Source of the DNA: a virus
Reading direction: 5' to 3' (one strand)
Length of the DNA: 64,000 nucleotides
IMG/VR virus record: IMGVR_UViG_3300029827_000001
Location: 22,763 to 86,762 of that record
The notes below the pieces were generated by a model, which was given only the letters and a program-made list of their open reading frames with translations, was not told the DNA's origin and searched no databases. Position numbers and translations under genes: made by a program. This document shows, one piece after another, positions 47,178 to 56,001 of the stretch. How positions within the stretch are numbered: the stretch's first letter is position 1; each line of letters begins with the position of its first letter.

Positions 47178-50100
47178 ATGTTTAGTATTAAGAGTTCATT
47201 TGCTGATTGTATGACCTGTCCTCTCCTCAGTGCTCCTTCATGCATACTCGAAACAAACTCTCCCAAAAACCTGAAAGATGTAGAAGTTATATTTCTGTCA
47301 GAAAATCCGGGTAAAAATGAAGTTGAAAAAGAAAAACCTCTGATAGGTAGATCAGGTCAAACATTTAGAAAACCATTTAACTTATATATTAGAGATAAGT
47401 TTAAATGGTTATTGACAAACTGTGTTCTGTGTTGTACGATACTTCCCGACGGAAAGACTGGTAATCCAACTCCGGATATAATCAATAGATGTAAGGAAAA
47501 TGCTTTTAAAATAATCGAAGCATGTAATCCTAAGTTAGTAGTAGCTATGGGTGCATCACCAATGATGGCATTTGGTTTTGCTAAAAGTGGAATAACAGAT
47601 TTGAGAGGACAAGTCTTTAAATGGAACGGTTATGATGTTCTTTTAACAGTTCATCCCTCATTTGTAAATAGAAATCAAACTTATAAAGATAAGTTCGAAA
47701 GAGATATTCAAACTGCAGCAGTAATGCTTGGAGCAAAACTTGAAGTAAAACCAGAGAAAACAATAAAGTCTCTAGGAAAAGGAAAATTTCGTTATAAAAT
47801 TCCAGATAAGTTTTATGAACCAGACTATCGACTTATTGATGTTCAGTTTTTAAATAGAACTAGTGAAGTTTTATATATTTTTAGAGATAAAGATAACAAA
47901 AAAGTTTATCATAAGATGAATGATGATTACTATTGCTACCAAGCTCCAGAAGGAATTGAGAATAGGCATTTAGTTAAATATGAGAATTTAGATTTAATAA
48001 AAGTTCCTTATAGACAAAAAGCAAAGTTAGATCCAGAAAGAACATATGAAGGTGATACGAGAATATCAGTAAAGCATGCTCAAGACTATTATCACTTTAA
48101 TAAAGGAGAACCAGAAACCCGACTCAATATTATGTATTTAGATATTGAGACATATAGCGAGACAAAGGAATTTCCAAATGTTGAAGATGCAAAACATGCT
48201 GTATGTGTTATAACTTATTCTTATCATGGTAAATTTATAACGTATGCAGTTGACAATAAAATTCTTCTAAATAATCCAAATGCTTCAGATATTATAACTA
48301 CAAAGGATGATCCAATCCATATTTTTAAATCTGAATATGATATGCTAATTAAGTTTATAAAAGATTTCAGAACTTTAGAACCAGATTTTGTTGTGGGATG
48401 GAATGTAATAGGATTTGACCTTTATTATATTCATAATAGATGTAAGAGGTTAAGAATAAAGTCTGAATCTATGTCAAAGTTTGGAGAAATATCTTTTTCA
48501 ATTGACGAAAAAAGAACATATTGTGAAATTGCTGGAACTGTTGTTCTTGATCTTCTTAAATTATATAGAAGTTTTACGTTCACACAAAAAGAGAATTATA
48601 GACTTGGTACAATTGCCAAAGAAGAATTAGGAGAAGAGAAAACTGATGTTGGAGAGAATTTCTCTGAGAAATACGAGAAAGATATTAATGGAGCAATTGA
48701 GTATAATATAAAAGACGTTGATTTAATCATAGGTATAGAAAATAAACTAAAACTTATAGTTCTAGAAAATGAGATCAGAAAAATTGGTAGCTCAAGTTTC
48801 TCAGGAGCTTTCAGTAATTTAGGGAAACTAGATAGTCTGGTTATATCATTTCTAAAAGATAAAGGATTAGCATCAAGAAATGCTAATGTCTACAAAGTAA
48901 AAGAACAATCAATTCCGGGAGCTTTTGTCAAAGAACCTCGCATCGGAATTCATGAGCATATAGTTGATTTTGACTTTACATCTCTGTATCCCAGTTTAAT
49001 TTTAACTTATAATATTGGAATAAATACTTTTGCGATGAAATTTAAAGATCATACTTTGGGGTATGACTATGTATATCAACCAGACAATCTTCCCAATGAA
49101 TTTGAAATAATATATGATCCAGCATTTCTGAACAAAGAGATGAAAGTTACAAAGGATCAATTTTTTAAGAAGGTAAAAGAAGGAAATCTTATTTATACAA
49201 TAAATGGTTGTTTCTATAAACCTCATGATAAAGAAGTATCAATTTATTCAGAAGTTCTTGACCATTTGCTAAGTTCAAGAAAAGAGTATAAAACCAAGAT
49301 GTTTGAAGCTAAGCAAGCAGGAAATGAAAATTTACAAGATATGTATCATGGTCGTCAGTTAGTTTACAAAGTTCTTGCAAATGCTCTATATGGTATTCTT
49401 ACAAACCACTTCTTTAGATTCTATCATGATGATCTTGGTAGTAGTATTACTCTAAGTGGTCAGGAAGCATTAAAAACTTCAATTCTTTCAGCAAACAATT
49501 ATGTTAAGAAGCTAAAGGAGTTAACTAAGTATGAAGATCCAGATCCTCTAACGAAGCAAGAAATGTACGGTGACCTATCTAGAGATACTAATTTTATTAT
49601 TACCGGAGATACTGATAGTTTATTTATCACGTTTGGAGAACTAGTAAATAAGAATAAACCAGAAGAAGAAACAATGGGTAAGATTGTAAAGTGGTGTAAT
49701 GAAATTCAAATATTTTTGAATGATAAGATAATTGCTCCATTAGTTAATTTACATAATGTCCCGCCTTCAAAAAATCGTCTCGAGTTGAAGAATGAATTAG
49801 TAATTAAGAGAGGACTATTCTTAGCAAAAAAGAGATACGCAATCTATGTGACTTCTCAAGAAGGAAGAGAGACAAGAGAAATTGTAAACATGGGAATTGA
49901 AACAAAAAGAAGTGATTATCCAAGTTATACAAAAGAAAGTTTAAATGAGCTATTAGATAAGATTTTGAAAGAGGAAGAAGCAAGTCCAGCAAAGATTTTC
50001 AAATTTGTTGACCTTAGAGAAAGAGTCTTTCTACAAAAGATAAAAGCTGGAGATAAATCAGTTGCAAGACCATCCTCATTCACGAAGAAATTAGAGAATT

Positions 50101-50435
50101 ACAAGCGAGTACCTCCTGGTGTGATCTCAATGTTGAATTGGAACGAACTCGAGTATAATATCTTTAATACGGGTTCAAAAGGCTATCTCTTTAAGTTATC
50201 TGGTATTGACCTTATGACAGCACCTGAAGATGTGAGGAAGAGATTTGAGGAGAAATTTCTAGCAAATGGGAGAAAGTTAGAATCCATATCTCTCCCAGAT
50301 GAGGAGGTATCTTTGCCCCCATATTATGTAGTTGACGCTCGGGCAATGCTTAAGTTTGCGTGGACCGATAGATCTGACTTATTATTGAATCCAATAATGA
50401 AGAGGTTAGAAAAACGAACCACTGATACTATTTAG
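47178..50435 (+). CDS. polB: family B DNA polymerase with N-terminal family-4 uracil-DNA glycosylase-like domain
   Basis: UDG: CMTCPL, FLSENPG..E, PLIGRSG, TNCVLC, TVHPS. Exo: LDIET, GWNVIGFD, YNIKD. Pol: DFTSLYPS, KVLANALYG, TGDTDS, KKRY. Confidence 0.95.
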   Translation: MFSIKSSFADCMTCPLLSAPSCILETNSPKNLKDVEVIFLSENPGKNEVEKEKPLIGRSGQTFRKPFNLYIRDKFKWLLTNCVLCCTILPDGKTGNPTPDIINRCKENAFKIIEACNPKLVVAMGASPMMAFGFAKSGITDLRGQVFKWNGYDVLLTVHPSFVNRNQTYKDKFERDIQTAAVMLGAKLEVKPEKTIKSLGKGKFRYKIPDKFYEPDYRLIDVQFLNRTSEVLYIFRDKDNKKVYHKMNDDYYCYQAPEGIENRHLVKYENLDLIKVPYRQKAKLDPERTYEGDTRISVKHAQDYYHFNKGEPETRLNIMYLDIETYSETKEFPNVEDAKHAVCVITYSYHGKFITYAVDNKILLNNPNASDIITTKDDPIHIFKSEYDMLIKFIKDFRTLEPDFVVGWNVIGFDLYYIHNRCKRLRIKSESMSKFGEISFSIDEKRTYCEIAGTVVLDLLKLYRSFTFTQKENYRLGTIAKEELGEEKTDVGENFSEKYEKDINGAIEYNIKDVDLIIGIENKLKLIVLENEIRKIGSSSFSGAFSNLGKLDSLVISFLKDKGLASRNANVYKVKEQSIPGAFVKEPRIGIHEHIVDFDFTSLYPSLILTYNIGINTFAMKFKDHTLGYDYVYQPDNLPNEFEIIYDPAFLNKEMKVTKDQFFKKVKEGNLIYTINGCFYKPHDKEVSIYSEVLDHLLSSRKEYKTKMFEAKQAGNENLQDMYHGRQLVYKVLANALYGILTNHFFRFYHDDLGSSITLSGQEALKTSILSANNYVKKLKELTKYEDPDPLTKQEMYGDLSRDTNFIITGDTDSLFITFGELVNKNKPEEETMGKIVKWCNEIQIFLNDKIIAPLVNLHNVPPSKNRLELKNELVIKRGLFLAKKRYAIYVTSQEGRETREIVNMGIETKRSDYPSYTKESLNELLDKILKEEEASPAKIFKFVDLRERVFLQKIKAGDKSVARPSSFTKKLENYKRVPPGVISMLNWNELEYNIFNTGSKGYLFKLSGIDLMTAPEDVRKRFEEKFLANGRKLESISLPDEEVSLPPYYVVDARAMLKFAWTDRSDLLLNPIMKRLEKRTTDTI

Positions 50436-50472
50436 AAAAAAATGTGGGACACCGGCATCAAAGTGTCCCACA
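50436..50472 (-). terminator. intrinsic terminator of leftward cassette
   Basis: tgtgggacac...gtgtcccaca stem with a T7 tract on the - strand; second hairpin at 50474-50512. Confidence 0.65.
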
Positions 50473-50512
50473 ATACTGAGTAGGGGGAAGGCATCTAGTG
50501 CCTGACTCAGTA

Positions 50513-50761
50513 CTATTTTGGTTCTATAAACTGGGGGAGAAATATTACTACAACTATTGCTCCTACCAGATAACCGCCAATGCCTATAAAAGTTCTAATA
50601 AATGTTCTCTGTGTAAAACCTTCTTTTTTATCAGTTGCAGCGATACCAATTGCTATTGCTGAGGCAAACAGAGAAAATAGAGCAAAAGGTGAAGATTTGC
50701 ATGATAGTAAAGTAATCATGCCAATAAAACCTATCAAAAAACAACTAAGGTTTCTTTTCAT
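50513..50761 (-). CDS. small multi-TM membrane protein
   Basis: Hydrophobic 82 aa; AGGAG RBS. Confidence 0.6.
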   Translation of the reverse strand: MKRNLSCFLIGFIGMITLLSCKSSPFALFSLFASAIAIGIAATDKKEGFTQRTFIRTFIGIGGYLVGAIVVVIFLPQFIEPK

Positions 50762-50770
50762 CTCTTTCTC

Positions 50771-50983
50771 CTATATCATCGCATAGGCAATGAGGTAACC
50801 TCCTAGAAAACATATGAACTCTGTACCTCTTGTCTTTACTCCAAGAAAGATGCCTATTATGAGGAGGATTATTAGTACTGGAGTATGAGAAATTCCATAC
50901 TTTCTCGCTTCATTAGCTAGTAGAAATATTAATGCTCCAAAAACGAAAGATGCTAAATTTCTTATAATTGATCTAGTATTCAT
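50771..50983 (-). CDS. small multi-TM membrane protein
   Basis: Hydrophobic 70 aa; AGGAGG RBS; shares GGYL[IV] with its neighbour. Confidence 0.6.
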   Translation of the reverse strand: MNTRSIIRNLASFVFGALIFLLANEARKYGISHTPVLIILLIIGIFLGVKTRGTEFICFLGGYLIAYAMI

Positions 50984-51021
50984 TATCCCCTCCTAAAAAA
51001 AGTTAGAAATTCTCTATTTGA

Positions 51022-51036
51022 AATTAATATATATAG
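51022..51036 (-). promoter_or_regulatory. class A motif CTATATATATTAATT
   Basis: Exact copy at divergent junction. Confidence 0.7.
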
Positions 51037-51100
51037 TCAATTTCAAAATGAGAAAAAGAACTTGAGTTCAAGAACAAAATAAAAATCAGAAAGGAGTTGT

Positions 51101-51772
51101 ATGAAACGGAAGGTTAAAGCAATTGAATGTATTCAGACTTGGCAAGGTGAGGGACCAGACACTGGTCGACTAATGCTTCTAATCAGATTTAAAAATTGTA
51201 ATCGGGTTGATCAGAAGACTCCATGTGAATGGTGTGATACTATGGTTAAGATGAGAGTCAGTCGTGAGGCTGAATACTCTCTTCAAGAACTACAAAATAT
51301 ACTAGATGACTTAAAGTGTGGTCTAATGATAACCGGTGGAGAACCAACTTGGGATCCACATTATAAGGATACAGTTCTCTTATTAGACAAACTAAGTTAC
51401 CAGTCGGCAAATATTGAAACTAACGGTTATCGTTTAAAAGATCTCTATAAACAAACTGCTAGAGATAACATTAACTATATTTACTCTCCAAAGATGTTTC
51501 AGATGACTGAAGTACATGACGCAATTAAAATGGTTGAGTGGGCAAGAGAGTTTAAAAATATCTATATAAAAGTTGTATATGAAGTTACTCCAGAGAATCA
51601 TAACTTTATTGAAGAGATTTCTAAAATGAATATAAATGAAAGAATTTACTTAATGCCACAGGGATGTACTGCTGAAGAACTATTCAAAAATACTCCAATT
51701 GTTCTTGATGCAGCCGAAAAGTTTAGAGTGAATATTTCAACGAGAATGCACTTAATGTTTAATTTTATCTAG
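51101..51772 (+). CDS. queE: 7-carboxy-7-deazaguanine synthase (QueE-like radical SAM)
   Basis: TWQGEG..TG, IRF..CN...CEWCDT, ITGGEP, IETNG, SPK, YLMP, RMH. Confidence 0.88.
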   Translation: MKRKVKAIECIQTWQGEGPDTGRLMLLIRFKNCNRVDQKTPCEWCDTMVKMRVSREAEYSLQELQNILDDLKCGLMITGGEPTWDPHYKDTVLLLDKLSYQSANIETNGYRLKDLYKQTARDNINYIYSPKMFQMTEVHDAIKMVEWAREFKNIYIKVVYEVTPENHNFIEEISKMNINERIYLMPQGCTAEELFKNTPIVLDAAEKFRVNISTRMHLMFNFI

Positions 51773-51783
51773 AGGAGGGAAAG

Positions 51784-52044
51784 ATGATTGATGCAGTAGG
51801 TGACAATGTGATAGTTGAAGTACTCAAAGATGAGAACAAAACTGAAGGTGGAATACTTGTTCCAGAGACTACACAACAACCACAGGCACGAGGAAAAGTA
51901 TTATCTGTTGGGGAGCTAATTACTACAATTAAATCGGGTAATATTATTATGTGTCATAGGGCTGGTGGGCAAGATGTTCTATATAAGGGAAAACTTTATA
52001 AGGTATTAAAGTACGGGGAAGTTTATGGAATTGTGAGGGAATAG
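51784..52044 (+). CDS. groES: co-chaperonin GroES (Cpn10)
   Basis: DNVIV, KTEGGILVPET, GKVLSVG. Confidence 0.88.
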   Translation: MIDAVGDNVIVEVLKDENKTEGGILVPETTQQPQARGKVLSVGELITTIKSGNIIMCHRAGGQDVLYKGKLYKVLKYGEVYGIVRE

Positions 52045-52592
52045 TGTTTGAGAAAGTAAAGAGAAAGATTAAGGAAATAAAGACAAACCTTAGTTCTGGG
52101 TTATCAGGCAATCAATTTCCACCACATAGTCATTCATTACTATCAGGTAATGCGTATACAAGTACAAATCAAGGGCATACTCATACTATACCTGGTCATA
52201 GTCATACTCAAAGTACGGCATGGCCTTATGACCCATCTACTGGACCTCTTGAAGAACCCTTTGAGTGGTTTCATAAAGTATTCTGTCCGTGTGGAAGTAT
52301 TGATTGGGTAGAGGTTGCAAAAGTTTATGCTTGGAGTCATATTAAAAATGCGAATATAACTAGGAAGTTAGCAATATGCCGAGAATGTGAAAAAGTTACA
52401 GTTATTGATGATTTTGAGATTAGTGAACAGCGGCCTCCTATTGAGGCAGACGACAAGTTTGATTTCTTTGAGAAACTTAAAGATTTAAGAATTGATTTTG
52501 AAACCAACAATTATCCCAGAAGTACAACAACATATACTACTAGTACAACCTCAACGACAAGCACAACATTCCCTCCAAGGAGATATAGATGA
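52044..52592 (+). CDS. hypothetical protein with HxH repeats and Zn ribbon
   Basis: HSHS, GHTHT, GHSHT; CPCG...CREC; Thr-rich tail. Confidence 0.6.
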   Translation: MFEKVKRKIKEIKTNLSSGLSGNQFPPHSHSLLSGNAYTSTNQGHTHTIPGHSHTQSTAWPYDPSTGPLEEPFEWFHKVFCPCGSIDWVEVAKVYAWSHIKNANITRKLAICRECEKVTVIDDFEISEQRPPIEADDKFDFFEKLKDLRIDFETNNYPRSTTTYTTSTTSTTSTTFPPRRYR

Positions 52593-53452
52593 ATATCGTG
52601 AAAATTGAAGCTACGACACTTCAAGACGCGTGGTTTCGAGCACTATTTGAAATGATAGAAAATGGTCGGGTATTTAAGATCGACCAAGGGTCTTATGCTG
52701 GTCAAAAGAGACTCGAGTTTGATTATGTTGTAGTTGGAGTTAAGGATCCTGGCAACAAAAATTATATGTACTTGAAAGATAGCGATAGACTTCTACCAAA
52801 AATACCAGAGCAGTATGGTATTCCAAACCCAGTTGCTGACAATTATATAGATGATTATTTACCGTATCTAATGACTGATTTAGTTTCTGAGAACGAGTCA
52901 TATACTTATGGTCAAAGAATAAATAAAGTTCGTATGCCAATGGAGTACTTATACGAAAGAAAGTTTTTTCTAAATGGAAGTAAAAGCGATGAAAAATGCT
53001 TAGTCTATACAGATGAATGTTGGGAAGACCGGGACGTTGTACCATTAGAATTCTCTGATAGGGGAGATGAAATATACTCTCTGAGTCAAGTAAATTGGGT
53101 AATATGGACATACAAGAATAAAGGTTATAGAAATAATCAAATGGTTCTTCAAGTAGCACAGCCATCTGACATTGTCTTAAAAGACCCTCCATGCTTAAGG
53201 CATATTGATACAAGAGTTCAAGATAATAAACTACATTTCTTTCCATATTTTCGAAGTTGGGACTTATGGAATGGTTTCCCAGCAAATCTGGCAGCAATTC
53301 AATTATTAAAAGAATATATGGCAGCAGAAATTGGAGTTGAAGATGGTGAGATGGTTTGTGCTTCTAAAGGACTTCATATTTATGACTATGTTTTTGATAT
53401 GGCAAAATGTGTTAGGATGAAGGAAGATGGATTTAAATTTCAAGGAGAATAA
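52589..53452 (+). CDS. thyA: thymidylate synthase (ThyA fold)
   Basis: YTYGQR, DPPCL, FRSWDLWNGFPAN (Asn indicates dUMP specificity), LHIYD. Confidence 0.88.
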   Translation: MNIVKIEATTLQDAWFRALFEMIENGRVFKIDQGSYAGQKRLEFDYVVVGVKDPGNKNYMYLKDSDRLLPKIPEQYGIPNPVADNYIDDYLPYLMTDLVSENESYTYGQRINKVRMPMEYLYERKFFLNGSKSDEKCLVYTDECWEDRDVVPLEFSDRGDEIYSLSQVNWVIWTYKNKGYRNNQMVLQVAQPSDIVLKDPPCLRHIDTRVQDNKLHFFPYFRSWDLWNGFPANLAAIQLLKEYMAAEIGVEDGEMVCASKGLHIYDYVFDMAKCVRMKEDGFKFQGE

Positions 53453-53566
53453 TTATGATTATAGGTACAATGCAACAGAGACTTATAGCTCCACATTTAA
53501 GCAAACCAATCCATATGCCAGATGAGATGAAAGAATATATCGAAGAATATCATAAAAGGAAAGAGG

Positions 53567-54028
53567 ATGAAAGAAATAGTAGGGGATATGTTCAGCGAGA
53601 AGATAATGAAACTTGCTGACGCAGTATGTATTACTACAAACGGATTTGTGAAGAAAGATGGTTGTTGTGTAATGGGTGCTGGAAATGCTAAACAAGCAAA
53701 AGAAAAGTTTGAAGGAATTGATAAAAGATTGGGGGAATTAATTAAAGAAAATGGAAATATAGTTCAAATTATTTATAGATATTTTGGACCGGATATTATT
53801 GCATTTCCAGTAAAACATAACTGGTGGGAAAAAGCAGATCCAGACTTAGTGACAACTTCAACCAAATCATTGCTTTCACTAACCAATTCTATGGGCTGGA
53901 AAAAAGTTATTCTACCTCGACCTGGTTGTAATAATGGAAAACTCAAGTGGCTTTCAGAAGTAAAACCAATACTTAAGTTATATCTCGATGATAGGTTCTC
54001 AATTATAAGTCTTCCAGGTAGGTACTAA
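53567..54028 (+). CDS. macro-domain (ADP-ribose-binding/hydrolase) protein
   Basis: IVGDMF, DAVCITTNG, VMGAGNA, IIAFPVK, LPRPGCNNGKLKW. Confidence 0.8.
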   Translation: MKEIVGDMFSEKIMKLADAVCITTNGFVKKDGCCVMGAGNAKQAKEKFEGIDKRLGELIKENGNIVQIIYRYFGPDIIAFPVKHNWWEKADPDLVTTSTKSLLSLTNSMGWKKVILPRPGCNNGKLKWLSEVKPILKLYLDDRFSIISLPGRY

Positions 54029-54118
54029 CCCGTTAAACCTATTCTATTTTATGCTTGACTTACCTGGAATATTTTTTTATAATTTGGAACAAATAAAAAA
54101 TTGAGATAGGAGTATATC

Positions 54119-55612
54119 ATGGCATCAGATTACATTTGTGCAGGACTTCAGACAGTAAATAGTATAATAGAGAACTTCTATAAAGATCCTCAGAGAGGTT
54201 TTAAGAACAACTTTACCCGTTTTGGTCTTTCAAGGTTCTTTGGTCAGACTTCTAACTCGTTTCTCCACTCTTTTGGCCAAAACTTACCAGGTAAGAAAGT
54301 TAGCATTAGTGATATGGAGTCTATGAAAAAATATATTGAAGCTGAAGTTAAAATGCTAACAGGTGCAAGACAAAGACTTATTTTTAGTAGGTCAGAGATT
54401 ATAATTGACTCAGGAGGTTATCAAGTTAGTGTTGGAAGGTTGACTGAAGATCAGGCAAAGGCATTAGATTGGATGTATCACTATTTTCTTGAAGTTTATC
54501 AAGCTGTTTATGATAGAGCTTTCACTCTTGATTTTCCTCCAGGACAAGGAAGACATCCAAAGTTTTTTAAAGATTTTAATGATGTTTTTAATTGGAATTA
54601 TCAGTCCTATATGAAAGCAGCAGCATTTCCAAATTCGATTAAAGATAAAATAGTTTATATTCATCACTTTAGAACTCCCGCTCTTTGGAAGATCTTTATA
54701 AAAATTCTACGTCAAAACGACTTATTTAAGGAATTTAAGTATCATGGAACAGGCGGTATGGTTGCAAATCTAGCTTCTGACGCAAATACTCCTTGTATTA
54801 CTTATGTCCTTCCTTTAATTACATTGTTAAATGAAGCAAAGAAGATCAACCGAAATTATTTACACTTTCATATACTTGGAATTGGTAATGCAAGAGATAT
54901 ATTCTTTTATGAGTTTTTTAAAACCCACGTCAAGAGAGTTCACAATATAGATCTGTATATATCTTATGATTCTGCTGGAGCAATGTTTCACCAATTAAAT
55001 CGAGCAAGATACATACCAGTGTATGAAGACGATACTGATATGGTTGTAAAGATGTATTTAAAAACAAACTACTTAGAAAAAAGGTTTGGTAGAAGTAATA
55101 AGTCAGTAATTACTGCTTATGATGAAGAATTATCTAAGATGGCGGAAACATATAACTTTCTAAAAATTCCAGTGAAAGAAATTTCTGACGTCTACCAAAA
55201 ATGTGGTGATTGTAATGGAACAGGAATAACTAATGGGACAGGAAGACAATGTCAGAAATGCCACGGAAGTGGTTGGGGAACTTTCCACGATACTATAAAG
55301 ATCTACTCAATGCTGTATTCAATAGAGTCAGTAAGAAGAATACAGGAAGTTTCAAAGCAACATTCAGATGAGTTATATCCACTATATGAGTCAGGGGCAC
55401 TAGAAGAATTCAATCGAGGAGTTGAACAAATTACTAGAAAATTTAACTATGAGAGAATAACAAGGAAACAGAAAGCAAAGACAAATAGTTTGATAAGATC
55501 TTTAGATATGCTAACAAGTTTAGATGAAGATTACTGTGAGTATATAGTAAATAGATTTCTTGCAAAAGACGAGTTTACTCACCTTAATCATGACCGGACA
55601 TTGAGATTCTGA
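54119..55612 (+). CDS. dpdA: TGT-fold transglycosylase (DpdA-like)
   Basis: IIDSGGYQ, FTLDFP, GTGGMV, HFHILGIG, ISYDS; inserted CxxCxGxG pair; QueC and QueE in the same window. Confidence 0.72.
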   Translation: MASDYICAGLQTVNSIIENFYKDPQRGFKNNFTRFGLSRFFGQTSNSFLHSFGQNLPGKKVSISDMESMKKYIEAEVKMLTGARQRLIFSRSEIIIDSGGYQVSVGRLTEDQAKALDWMYHYFLEVYQAVYDRAFTLDFPPGQGRHPKFFKDFNDVFNWNYQSYMKAAAFPNSIKDKIVYIHHFRTPALWKIFIKILRQNDLFKEFKYHGTGGMVANLASDANTPCITYVLPLITLLNEAKKINRNYLHFHILGIGNARDIFFYEFFKTHVKRVHNIDLYISYDSAGAMFHQLNRARYIPVYEDDTDMVVKMYLKTNYLEKRFGRSNKSVITAYDEELSKMAETYNFLKIPVKEISDVYQKCGDCNGTGITNGTGRQCQKCHGSGWGTFHDTIKIYSMLYSIESVRRIQEVSKQHSDELYPLYESGALEEFNRGVEQITRKFNYERITRKQKAKTNSLIRSLDMLTSLDEDYCEYIVNRFLAKDEFTHLNHDRTLRF

Positions 55613-56001
55613 TGAAAGAAATAGTACCTATGTGTAGGAAGAAAAATTCTAATATAACTTTACTAGAGAATGAATATCTTTGTCCAATATGTTTTGGATG
55701 GGGAAAGGTTATGAATAGTGATCCTTTCTTAAGAGCAATTCAAGTAGACTGTCCATGGTGTCTAGGGGATGGAAAACTTGATTGGATTGAAAATATAGTT
55801 GGAAAAAGAGAAGAGAATATAAAAGGAAAAAGTTGGAGACCTAGGGCAATTACTGGACTTGTATGTAAAAATAAATCACCTAAACCGACAAAAGGTATGA
55901 AATATTATGACATGGATGAAAGATCTCTTAAAGTCTTTAATGGAAAAAGTTGGGTTATCACAACAGACAGAAGGAAAGGAGGAAAAGATGGCCGATTTTA
56001 A
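55612..56001 (+). CDS. CxxCxGxG-DWIEN family protein
   Basis: CPICFGWG...CPWCLGDGKLDWIENIVG. Confidence 0.7.
   Translation: MKEIVPMCRKKNSNITLLENEYLCPICFGWGKVMNSDPFLRAIQVDCPWCLGDGKLDWIENIVGKREENIKGKSWRPRAITGLVCKNKSPKPTKGMKYYDMDERSLKVFNGKSWVITTDRRKGGKDGRF

Noticed and set aside
13956-51036. Class A motif as an archaeal TATA box implying an archaeal virus
   Set aside because: Peptidoglycan hydrolase, GroES and bacterial-style RBS and terminators favour a bacterial host; no consistent BRE seen.
52740-53297. 185-aa minus-strand ORF
   Set aside because: Lies wholly antisense to thymidylate synthase, with no recognisable motif.
52589-53452. dCMP hydroxymethylase (hmC pathway feeding the GTs)
   Set aside because: The specificity residue is Asn (GFPAN), typical of dUMP enzymes, not Asp; a dUMP hydroxymethylase cannot be excluded by eye.
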